DNA of 64,000 nt from Octopus bimaculoides. Its lineage: Eukaryota. Every line of letters starts with the position of its first letter. Position 1 is the stretch's first letter. The stretch is from NCBI RefSeq assembly GCF_001194135.2, contig NC_068984.1, positions 57,739,357 to 57,803,356 of the forward strand, in the 5' to 3' direction. This document shows positions 1 to 10,589 of this stretch, piece by piece. Both the position numbers and the translations under genes were made by a program. The notes under the pieces are model-generated. The model was not told the DNA's origin. It was given only the letters and a program-made list of their open reading frames with translations, and did not search any database.

Positions 1-464
1 AGCAGCTACACTTTCAGCGCACCCACCCCCACTACTAACTTGGTCACCTAGATAGTGGAAGCTATCAACTACTTCTAGTTTTTCTCCCTGGAATGAGACA
101 GAAGTTGTTTTCTGCATATTTACAGTGTTTATTGCACCTGAACATCTGCCGCATACAAAAACTAACTTCCTAGTTAACCTGCCTTTGATATTGCTGCACC
201 TCTTATGTGTCCATAGCTTGCATTGGGTACATCTTATAGAGTTTCTACCTACACCTTTTCTACAAATCGAGCAGGGCCATCTACTTGAAGTGGTTTGTGT
301 TTTCTCTACCTTTCTACTTATAAGGACTTTGATTCTAGCTAGGTTGACTCTAAGGCCCTTCGATTCTAGTTCCTGTTTCCACACCTGAAACTTCTCCTCT
401 AGTTCTGATAGTGACTCAGCAATTAGTGCAAGGTCGTCAGCATAGAGGAGCTCCCAGGGGCATC
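1..464 (-). mobile_element. RTE-clade LINE, 5'-truncated RT C-terminal fragment (runs off the window edge)
   Basis: Stop-free frame 462..1 (154 codons, missed by the ORF track): CPWELLYADDLALIAES...KGLRVNLARIKVL...WPCSICRKGVGRNSIRCTQCKLWTHKRCSNIKGRLTRKLVFVCGRC...VDSFHYLGDQV. Contains YADD and FxYLG RT motifs. Homologous to 56058-56320. Confidence 0.85.
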
Positions 465-2384
465 TACCAAACAAAATATTTTGTAGTATTTAGCTATACT
501 TCTTTACATTGTGATTTCATATCCTACTAAAGTTGGTTGACCTTTCTTTCTTCTGGGGTAGATAAAATATATACCTGTCTTGAATGGAAGTTGATTTAAT
601 TGACTACACCAATCCTCAAAAATTAAGGCCTTGTTAGAAATCATTATTATGATTTGGCAATACAAAACTTTTATTTGAAAATATTTTGAAATGCCAAGCA
701 ATGTCTCCAAGAAACTTGTATGTGTTCAAGTGTAAATCATATATATCTCTGGCAAATAATTATTCAGAATTCTTTTCCTACATGTAAAACCTTTTATCAA
801 CTGGACAAGTAGACCTAAGTAGATATTATGATGAGGCCTAATAGACAGAAACATGTCTATATTGGTCTCTTACCTATGAAAATCAGATTTCTTTCTAAGC
901 ATATAAATTAACTGTAGTTTCTTATTTTCTTGAGAGTTACTAAGAATTGCCACTAGGTTTTTGTTTTCTTTAACCAACTGGGGGGGGGGGGGTTCAACTA
1001 ATTAAGAATTACTTTCTGTACATCATTCAATACACCACTCTTTCACTCATATATCAATAGATGACATTTTTATTCACAATTTCTGCTTTAGAAGTTGTTT
1101 TTTAATGTTAAATACTGAAATACTTCTAATTCTAATAGATCATAAATGAACTATTTATGGAACACCAATTTTTTTTTTCAGAAGTTTTTGAAATACAGTT
1201 TTAATGCAATTTCTTACAGATGCAAAACATACACATACAAACAAAAAATAAAGGGGGGAAAAAACAATTAAAGAGAATATATCTTATTTTATTTTATTAA
1301 TATACTACTATCATCAATACATTATTAAAATTTCAAATATCACCTTAAGGCTTTTGATGATATCTGCTGATACCTTTATACAATAAAGCTTCACAACCAT
1401 CCAATAGCAAAGATGTAGCAGTTACTTAACAAAAAATAGTTAAGAGATAAAAGATATAAAAGTTAACAGTTGTACCTGTTCTTATGAAACTTCTCATTAT
1501 TCAAGAACAGCTACATGAAAAACAACTCATAACAAGAACTTTTTTATTATGGTCCCATAAATTGCTCCATTGCATTTCACTGGTCCAAATCACAGGAAAA
1601 TATTTGAATATTTACTCCTCCATTGCCAAATAAAATTTATAATAAATATTTATATATCGTCTGAACAGTTATGTACAATAACTAGTTTTATTTTTGTTGT
1701 TTTTGTTTTGTTCTTGAAAAAAAATAGGGTAAAATGATTTACAAATTTCAGTGTTAACATAAAAGCAAAATTATAACAAATTACTTTTTTCATAATGGCA
1801 AGGGTTTGAAAAAGACAATAGCTATGAAAATATTAATGGTACAAATGCAAATAAAATCCTATATGTAATAACATAACATAACAGGTATATTCCTGAGATT
1901 AGTAAAACAATCTTGTGCAATAATATTGGAATTCATATAGTGGTTACTGTTTTGCAGAAGTTAATTATTATGATGGCAATTTCACCAAAACAGTTTTGGA
2001 AATGTTCATCAATATTACCATATATGAAATTTCAAAATAGACACATTTAGTTTCGGCATGAAATTTATGCCACAAATGTAATTGCAAATTTGATTTGTTT
2101 ATATTTTGCCTTGTTTTTCAGTTACTTGTTTTGAACCTATAATCCTGAGTCCTTAGTCCAATAAAATATTAATTCTTTGTTTGAACATGTTAACTTAAAA
2201 AAGTATAAAGAAATTAAAAACATTTTACTCTTGCATGTCATCATATGTGGAAATTGAAAACGTAATATTTTAAGGCAAGTACCTTTCTGTCATAACATAA
2301 CTTTATTCTTTCACTGCACAAGTTTCTATATTATTTTTCTAATAGCAGAAGAAACAAGGAAATAACAAAAGCAGTCTCTATATG

Positions 2385-2540
2385 ATCATCATCATTTAAC
2401 ATCCATTTTTCATGCCAGCATGGGCTGGGTGGTTTTACAGGATCTAGCAAACCACAGGACTACATCAAGCACCAATATTATCTTTGGCATGAGTCCTATG
2501 GCTGGGTGCCCTTCCTTATACCAACCACTTTACAGTGTGT
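2385..2540 (-). mobile_element. Degraded RTE 3' tail with (GAT)n end
   Basis: atcatcatcatttaac...catgccagcatggg...gggtgcccttcctt..ccaaccac matches the tails at 27786, 54017 and 56820-56949. Confidence 0.65.
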
Positions 2541-3071
2541 ATAATGAAAGAAATTTAAAAGCAAACATTATGGATACAGCAATTTATAGAGATTTAACAG
2601 CTATGCTAGACAATGCATTATCACAATTATAAATATAGATTTTTTTTTCTCTTTCAAGTAATAATTTTTAGTATATGAAATACATAATAGTATTTCTCTA
2701 GTTTAAAAAAAAATCTATATTCACCTGAAACTCTCAAGCCCTATCAACTTTTATTGATTTTTTTTCTTTTTATCATTATTCCATTGACTGAGTGATCAGT
2801 TTTAACAGATTAATCTTCTGATAGTTCAATGCACAACTTTTAACATTATTATTAACTACATGCACACTGAAAGAACAATCCACAAAACTCTCTGAAATCT
2901 ATAGGTACCAATAAACTGTAAATATAAATGCATGCTCATATTTTGGGCCATGAATCAACTTGGTAAACTACCAAATAATAGATATTCAAGAAAAATGTTA
3001 AAAACCTGGAATGTGAATCAGTTCCAGGATATAAAATGGGGAAGAAAAAAATAATAATCAATAATAAGCAT

Positions 3072-3470
3072 TCGCATGAGTAGCTGTGTAGTAAGTAGCT
3101 TGCTTACCAACCACATGGTTTTGGGTTCATTCCCACTGCGTGGCACCTAGGGCAAGTGTCTTCTACTATAGCCTCGGGCCGACCAAAGCCTTGTGAGTGG
3201 ATGTGGTAGACGGAAACTGAAAGAAGCCCTTCGTATATATGCATATATATATGTATGTGTGTGTATATGTTTGTATGTCTGTTTGTCCCCCCAACATCGC
3301 TTGACAACCAATGGTGGTGTGTTTGCATCCCCGTAACTTAGTGGTTCGGCAAAAGAGACCAATAGAATAAGTACTAGGCTTACAAAGAATAAGTCCTGGG
3401 GTCGATTTGCTCGACTAATGGTGGTGCTCCAGCATGGCCGCAGTCAAATGACTGAAACAAGTAAAAGAGA
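3072..3470 (+). mobile_element. tRNA-derived SINE, family A (CORE-like)
   Basis: A-box-like tagctgtgtagt, B-box-like ggttcattccc, CORE-like gcacctagggcaagtgtcttctactatagcc, internal (TA/TG)n. Four or more copies in the window. Confidence 0.85.
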
Positions 3471-3664
3471 GTATATAGGTCATTGCATATTCTGTGAATA
3501 AACAGATTTTAAATAAAATGTAAGAAATACATGAAGTTACAATTCATAAATTGAAAATATCTTCAAATGTTTTGTAGATGTGCTGCTATTTAAGAAGAAA
3601 ACTTTTAATAACAATAAGTGGCCCAGACTTTAACTAAATATCTCTCTTCTTTTTCAGCCTCAAC

Positions 3665-4816
3665 ATGGAAGAATTTGAATTTACTGCAAATAATGAAAAG
3701 GCATACCATTCTCATTGCCCTAGCTGCCAACTACAGGGATCTAAGATTAAAACCTTAAATGTCACCAGGTCCTTCATGTTTAAAATAAGAAAAGAGCTCC
3801 TTGCTTTTAGCAGGAATATTTTCTGTGGCCAAAAGAAAGACATTCTTGACTGTCATACATTGTCAGAAAAATCAAGTTTGTCCAGTAAATCCAGGACATC
3901 ATCAATGACAATCCTGGCAAGTCAATGAGGGCCATTACTAATCATTTTCATGTGCCATAGTCAACGATTGATGTGTGATGCACAAAGACAGATACAAATC
4001 CTATATTATGAGAACAGAGCAGTTCATGTCTGATAGAAACCAGGAGAACTATCTGAGTCAATTGAAGAACTTGCTGAACAAACTCAAGTAACCCAAGGAG
4101 CCAAACATGCTCTGGTGAGAAGAGTTTTGTCCAAAATCCAAAAGTAAATAGGAAGAATGATAGATAGCTCTGTACCAGCCCTACTGAAGTCCTCACTGTT
4201 ATGCACACCAAGTTCCCATCATCTGTGAAGGTCTTTGGGAGTCATGAGAAATGAGGGCCATGTCATGCCTTCTCACTTTTTCCTGCAAGATATTAAGATT
4301 AATGTGGCAGCTGACATCGCGACAATAGAGACAGTTGTCAAGCTTTGGATCAAGAGAGTTGCTTAGGGGAGGTGTACATGTTCCAGCAAGACTCTGCTCC
4401 CTTTCATACAGATTGCATAACACAGGAGTGGATGACCAAAAATTTTCATAATCATGTTACTCCTAATATTTGTCCTTCTAGCTCTCCTGATTTAAACTCT
4501 CTGGGCTATTACTTTTGGGGCACCATGAGAGGAAAGCCAACAAACCTGCCCATGATACCAAGGATTTGTTGATGTCTGTTGGCCTAAGGATGTTATGGCC
4601 AACATGAATAATAATCACCTGATCAATGCATTTAGAAATTTCAGAAGCCATATCAAGGCAGTAATTGAGGCTGATGGCAGCTTTATTGAATAGCCTTTCA
4701 CTATAAATATGTAAGAATGTGTACCAAATTCTATGAAAATATATTTGTTTTTTCTAATAAATAATTTTTGTTTTCTTTAAATTAAGATTTTGATCTCAAA
4801 TAGCTGATGCACCCTG
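3665..4816 (+). mobile_element. Tc1/mariner DD37D (maT-type) transposon, decayed transposase
   Basis: Frameshifted translation gives ...EKSFVQNPKVNRKNDR...HTKFPSSV.V.G...FQQDSAPFH...SSPDLNSL(G)YYFWG. There are 37 residues between the QQD Asp and the last catalytic position (gac>ggc). A TIR-like end tagctgatgcaccctg finishes at 4816; the left TIR was not found. Confidence 0.8.
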
Positions 4817-5147
4817 TGTGCATTTTAACAATGAAAAAAGCAAAAGAATACATTGCTCATATATCTTTTGAGTTGAGCAATAGAAAACTTAAGTATCTAT
4901 AACTTGATGATAAAATGAAAATATGTTGTGTCTTGGGAGGTTCATTTTGCCAATAAAAATGCATGCTCACATTATATTTTACTTCTTTTAATTTTTTCTA
5001 GTAACTAATTAACCAATTAACTAATTGATTGTTTAACTAAACATTTGAACAATTAATCAATCATTTGATTTGTCAGAGTCCCTTTGTCAGTATCCTTGAG
5101 CTCATCACCTCATTGCTCCAGATCTGTTAAACCTGGGTATACTAAGG

Positions 5148-5153
5148 TTTATT
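5148..5153 (-). terminator. Candidate poly(A) signal of ZNF-A
   Basis: AATAAA on the minus strand about 325 nt after the stop codon. Confidence 0.35.
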
Positions 5154-5476
5154 ATTATATATTTACACTTTTGAGAATGTGTGTGAGCAGCTAAGTGTGT
5201 GCGTATATGTGTCTTTCATTAAAATTGTTTTTGTCTTGTTTGGTTAGTCTCTCTGTACACAGATTATGTATGTGCATATGTACATGTTTTAATTTGAGCA
5301 TGATTTACAATAACATATATATGTGTGATAAGTATTGTCATGTGTAATTTAATGGACAAGTGAAAAAAAACTCCAAATATTTAAAAAAAAAAAGACAGAA
5401 AGATCTCTCCTAAAACATTTGAAAGCACAACTTTCATCCCTAAAAAACCTGACAAAATCACATGTTCATTTATCAT

Positions 5477-6307
5477 TCAAATTGGAACCATCTGGAAAAG
5501 TTTTTCACATATCTGAAACTCAAAAGATTTATCTCCTGTGTGTGATCTCATATGTACATTAAGGCTAGAATTATGGGAAAAATTTTTCCCACATAGTTCG
5601 CAGTGAAATGGTTTTTCTTCATTATGTGTCCTCATATGCTTTGTTAGATGGGAATTCTGTGAAAAACCCTTTCCACACATTTGACAACTAAATGGTCTTT
5701 CTCCAGTGTGTATTCGCATGTGTTTTGTTAGATGTGAATTTTGAGAAAAATCCTTTTCACATATCTCACAATGAAAGGGTCTCTCTCCAGTGTGTGTTCT
5801 CAGATGTTGTGTGAGGTAAGAATTTTGAGAAAAGTCTTTGCCACATACTTCACAGAGGAAAGGTTTTACCCCAGTATGTATCCTAAGATGTTTGTTGAGA
5901 GTAGAACCATCTGAAAAATCCCTCCCACAAACTCCACAAGAGAAAGGTCTTTCACCAGTATGTGTCCTCATGTGTTGGGTGAGATTAGAACTGTGAGAAA
6001 AATTCCTCCCACAAATTTCACAGTGGAAAGGTTTCTCTCCCGTATGTACTCTCATATGTTTAGTTAAATTGGAGCTCTCTAGAAAGTCTTTCCCACAAAC
6101 CCCACAGAAAAATGGCCTTTCCCCAGAGTGTATTTTCATATGTCTTGTAAGATTGATGTTTCTTAAAAAGTCTTTGCCACATGTCTCACAATGAAAATGT
6201 AATTCTTCTGTTGATGACCTCTCATTACTTTTCTCATGTGATCTCAAGGGTAAATCTTTTCCTTCAAATTCGCTGTGAAAAGAATCTTTTCCATTGCAAA
6301 TTTCCAT
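5477..6307 (-). CDS. C2H2 zinc-finger protein ZNF-A (8 intact fingers plus degenerate flanking fingers)
   Basis: Eight C-x2-C-x12-H-x3-H units, mostly with TGE(K/R)P linkers. First in-frame ATG is at 6307 (the ORF track starts at GTG 6313). An in-frame TGA lies at 6316-6314. The 9th finger has C>F and a frameshift. Confidence 0.88.
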   Translation of the reverse strand: MEICNGKDSFHSEFEGKDLPLRSHEKSNERSSTEELHFHCETCGKDFLRNINLTRHMKIHSGERPFFCGVCGKDFLESSNLTKHMRVHTGEKPFHCEICGRNFSHSSNLTQHMRTHTGERPFSCGVCGRDFSDGSTLNKHLRIHTGVKPFLCEVCGKDFSQNSYLTQHLRTHTGERPFHCEICEKDFSQNSHLTKHMRIHTGERPFSCQMCGKGFSQNSHLTKHMRTHNEEKPFHCELCGKNFSHNSSLNVHMRSHTGDKSFEFQICEKLFQMVPI

Positions 6308-6363
6308 GTGCACTCAAATATGCAGTAGAAAGCTTTTGGTCAATTTTTTTAACATTAAATAAA

Positions 6364-6447
6364 AATTGAAGACCCTATTGCTAAAAGTGCTTAAGTCACA
6401 TTAATTTTCGTGTGACTAAAGCACTTTTAGAACTAGGGTCTTCAATT
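6364..6447. repeat. 84-bp hairpin / mini-MITE
   Basis: 37-bp arms (aattgaagacccta...aagtcaca / tgtgact...tagggtcttcaatt) with 3 mismatches and a 10-nt loop. The outer AATT may be a TSD. Confidence 0.8.
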
Positions 6448-6659
6448 TAATCAATTTTTCACAAACGTAATTACAATTGACAAACTCTCAGTCTTTTCTT
6501 TTTTATTAAGAAAATGACTTTGGCTGAACTGTATAATCCCATAACATTAACTCTTAGTTTGTAACTAGGTTTCCTTTTTTTTCATACAATATTGTGAAAT
6601 TCAAACATATTCCACAAAACTGGAAATCTATTGATATAAGCTGTCTTCACTTGTGAGTT

Positions 6660-6680
6660 CTGAAAAAAAACAATAAATAA
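6660..6680 (-). promoter_or_regulatory. Candidate splice acceptor of the ZNF-A coding exon
   Basis: Minus strand ttatttattgttttttttcag|aactc; the exon would start at 6659. Confidence 0.45.
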
Positions 6681-7095
6681 ATACCAATAAGCCATTCAAT
6701 AGATAATATTCAATTTCAGATGTTCACACACAAAATAATAGGTTTTCTTCAACACAAACTGCATAGTATAGTAATTATAAATACACATGAAACAAGAGGA
6801 AATACACTGTTTTAAACTTCCAAAAACAGAAAATAGAAACGTACCAATGAAAAGCTTATATAGTTGTTCAATTAGCAAATAGCATCTAAATTTCCCCCAA
6901 AATCACAGTCATTTTCTTTTTTAAAGGACACATTGAATAATGCTAGAATGATTTTGGTAATAGATCTGTTCAATAAGGGTTGAACTGAGATTAAATAATA
7001 ACAATTCCATACCTGCTACAGCAATTTTTCTTTCTGTAAGTTATTTAGTGATGAATACTCATTTTTTATTAAACACTACCCTTATATATGTCTAA

Positions 7096-8999
7096 TGTTA
7101 CGTTCAAGATTTAAAGAAAACAAACACACAGATTAAAGTTAAAATGCTACTTGGAAATTTACTACAATAACACTTAATAAGGTACAAAATATACAATATT
7201 ATACAATACAAATGTTATTTCACAAGGAAATGACAATTACTAATATTGCTGGCCTGTTTTGAATGTCCACTCTATTTCATTATTTCCTTTTTACTTTTAA
7301 GTACAAGATACTTGACAATGGCTTCCACTTTGGCTTGTACAGGTTTGACTTTACCTTGACCAATCTTATGGCCGAGATAGATGACTTTTCCTATCCTGTC
7401 AATACAATCATCAATACGAAGAATAGGAAATGAATCACTTTTGGTTATATTGTTTATTTTTCTAAAATCTATACAAAATCTGACTGAACCATCTGGTTTG
7501 GATATAAGTAAACATGGTGAGTTCCAGTCACTATTTGTTAGATAATGACTTTTCTTTTACAAAATTCTGATTTTAACAAATTTACTCGTTTGAGCATCGG
7601 AACATCTATCAAAGAATGATCGTATTTGTTTGACATGGTCAGACCAATTACTACTCACGACAAGTACATCATCAATGTATGAGTATACACTGTCTAAACC
7701 GTTGATTATATGGTTCATCAAACTTTGAAAAGTGGTGCCAGAATTCTTCATGCCAAAAGGCATAACCTGGTATTGGTATAAACCATCAGGTGTTACAAAA
7801 GCAGAGATTTCTTTATCTAACAAGTATTTAACCTCATTTCTAATCTGAGATAATTTGATAGGATTGACTCTGTATGGGTGCTGTTTTACTGGCCACATCA
7901 TGTTCAATAGCACTGGTCCTTCCTGGGACATGAGGGAACAGCTGGGGATACTCCATAATCAGCTCCAGGCGTTCATCATCTTTAAGATGCTTTAATTTGT
8001 CATCCAATTTTTGTAGAACATTTGAATTCTTGAGTTTGGCTGGTCTGTGGATGTCATCAACCGCAAAGTTGTCTATTGTTGACTCTTCAGCGATTATGGT
8101 GACGGTTTGGACCTCTGAAACACTACGGTCATAATACGGCTTGATCATTTTGATATGGCAAAACTGTTCAGACTTTCTTCAGTCATATGTTGAGACAATG
8201 TAATTGAGGTCAGAGATTTTATTTTTGATGGTATATGGTCCAAAGTATCAGGCTTGTAGCGGTGTACTGAGGATGCGTAGTAACACCAGAACTTTGTCAC
8301 CAGGCTTGAATGGACAACTTCTTGACTTCTTGTCAGACCAGGTTTTCAAGTCATCTTGAGATAACTTGAGGTTCTGCCTGACCATCTCCAATGCACCATG
8401 TAGTCTTGAAGTCTATCACAATCTAGTAGGCTAATGTAACACCGTCAACTCCTAACCAGTCCTCCTTCATGAGATTCAGAGGACCATGAACAGTATGACC
8501 ATAGATGGGTTCAAAAAGACTAAATCCAAGGGATTCTTGTACGACTTCTCATGCTGCAAACAACAATGGAATTCCTTCATCCCAATCCTTGGAGTGTTCA
8601 GTGCAATAAGCCCTCATCATGTTTTTTAATGTCTGGTTGAAACATTTCAAGCCACCTTGTGGCTTAGGATGGTAAGCGCTGGATGCAACCTGATAGCTGT
8701 TTAATTCGTACAAAACTTGCTGGAAAACTTTGGACATGAATTTGGAACCTTGGTCCAACTGTAACACTTTTGGGGGTCCAAAAGTTGTGAAGAACTTGAT
8801 GAGTGACTTTAAAATGTTCTTGGCCATAATGTTGCTCAGTGGGATAGCTTCTGGAAATTGGGTAGAGGCACACATGATGGTAAGCAGATATTGATTTTCC
8901 AATTTTGTCTTAGTTAATGGCCCAACACAGTCAATGATGACACATGAAAACATCTCTTCAAAGGCTGGAATTGGTTGTGATGGAGCCTCTGGAATGACT
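7096..8999 (-). mobile_element. Gmr1-like Gypsy LTR retrotransposon remnant (IN upstream of RT)
   Basis: Minus-strand order: integrase (IIDCVGPL..QYLLTIMCAST.FPEAIPL..DQGSKF..SAYHP...DWDEG), then GPY module (FKPGDKVLVL..YFGPY..CHIKMIKPY), then RT (KQHPYRVNP, MPFGMKN, YIDD, FCIDFRKIN, YLGH), then a probable LTR end ...cgtaaca at 7096. Confidence 0.85.
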
Positions 9000-10589
9000 T
9001 TTTTTATACAAGAATAAATCTTAACTTCATCAGCAATTTTAAATGATAATGGAAATTTTTTAATACCCCAGTTAATTTAATTATTTTACATTAGCAAATT
9101 ATAACTGTAATCAATATCCTCATAAATAACTATTTTATGATATTAACTACAGTTACCCAATGATTAATAAATTTGTTTTACAATGAACTCAGGATCATTT
9201 AATGTTCAACTCAATACCATGTTATGCAAAAATCTGAAAATATCAAAATTGTAACTGGTCCTCAATAAAACTCAAACCATCTAAAACAACAATTACAATA
9301 TTGTCTTTTTAAATAAGTTAAATGAGGGCCAATGCCCATGACTTACGACTGTTGAAGGCCCTATCTTGAACTAGTCAGAAAAATGCACTTTATTTCAGTA
9401 TGAATATCTGTACATAAGTGTCTAAAGGGTAAAATGTGGGCTGAAAGTGACTTCTATAAGGCTAGTTCTGAAAGATAGTTATGAGTAATGTGTTTAACAA
9501 AAGACCTAGAAAATTAGGCATGATGGGAATGAGGAGAGAAGGAAGGGACGTGTCAGAAAAAGCCTGGATGGAAAGAGTATGCAGTTTAGCTGGTTTGCAG
9601 AAAACAGGTATCATATGTAGTTTGGTGATTGCTAAGAAAAATTATCTAATGTATCCTGTCTTTTTGTAAGCCAATGGGTGTGGTTTAGGATAGATTTGGC
9701 TGTTATTTCTAGTTGACAAATGACCACTTAGAAGCTCCCTAATCATTTTTGGTGAAGAAGAAAACTGTTCTCTGCTACATTGAAAGTTACTACACTCACC
9801 CATTTTTTTGATAGAATAGAACATCTTGCCTATAAAAGATGAGTACTATATTTAATAGTGACAATATCCAAGATACTTCACATCAGTAACATCTTACAGA
9901 AGAGACTGATGGGTAGATTTAGTAAAATTGCATCAATGAAATTCAAACGCTCAGCCAATGAAGGACCATGTAAGCAATTAACCTTGCCATGTTCTCTTAA
10001 ACCCACAACTGACTGAATAACCATTAGCAAGTGGTCTTCCTTGTAATAAAGTTGTCTTCCCTTACACATGCTGTATAATATATACACACACAGAAAACCT
10101 GGGCAACAATAAAGTGAGTTTACTACATACAACTTAAGAAAAGAGGTGAACAATCTGATGTGTAACTTAAATTACTGCCATATACTAACCCAATTAGAAT
10201 ATGGTGCCAGGAATATTGGTTGAATTGAATTGGTGACTTCATCAATATATATATTACATGCGCTAATAGTTCTTTGATGATCCTATTTTCATTGTTAGTA
10301 ATGTGGTTAATGGAGAGTTACAAATGAATTTTAATCTTGCTGATGAACTTTAATGACTGTTAATGAATATTATCAAATTGGTAAATATCAACTCTTAGCA
10401 TCTAACTCTATCTCTGCTGTTAACTTGCCTGACAAATAGCACTTATTCAAGGAGGTTTAGAGTTTTTGATGGTTAGTGAGAAGACTGAGTCAGCTGATAA
10501 AATTAAAATTACATTACTATTACACACTGTTGGTAAACAAGATAAAGATATTTGGGGCAATTTCAAATATTAAAAGGCCTTACTAAAAA

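Noticed and set aside
125-388. 87-aa plus-strand ORF (also 56144-56326 minus)
   Set aside because: Antisense shadow of the RTE RT frame.
3072-3150. tRNA-like A/B boxes at SINE heads
   Set aside because: No cloverleaf or anticodon arm, and they continue into SINE bodies, so they are not tRNA genes.
3104-3362. Short ORFs over SINE A copies (also 57558-57830) and over RTE tails (27859-28317, 54059-54353, 56699-56908)
   Set aside because: They translate repeat and microsatellite sequence; the same pseudo-peptides recur at each copy.
6480-6620. FCGICL motif upstream of ZNF-A suggesting a ZAD-like domain
   Set aside because: The frame is closed by stops on both sides and no convincing second CxxC pair was found.
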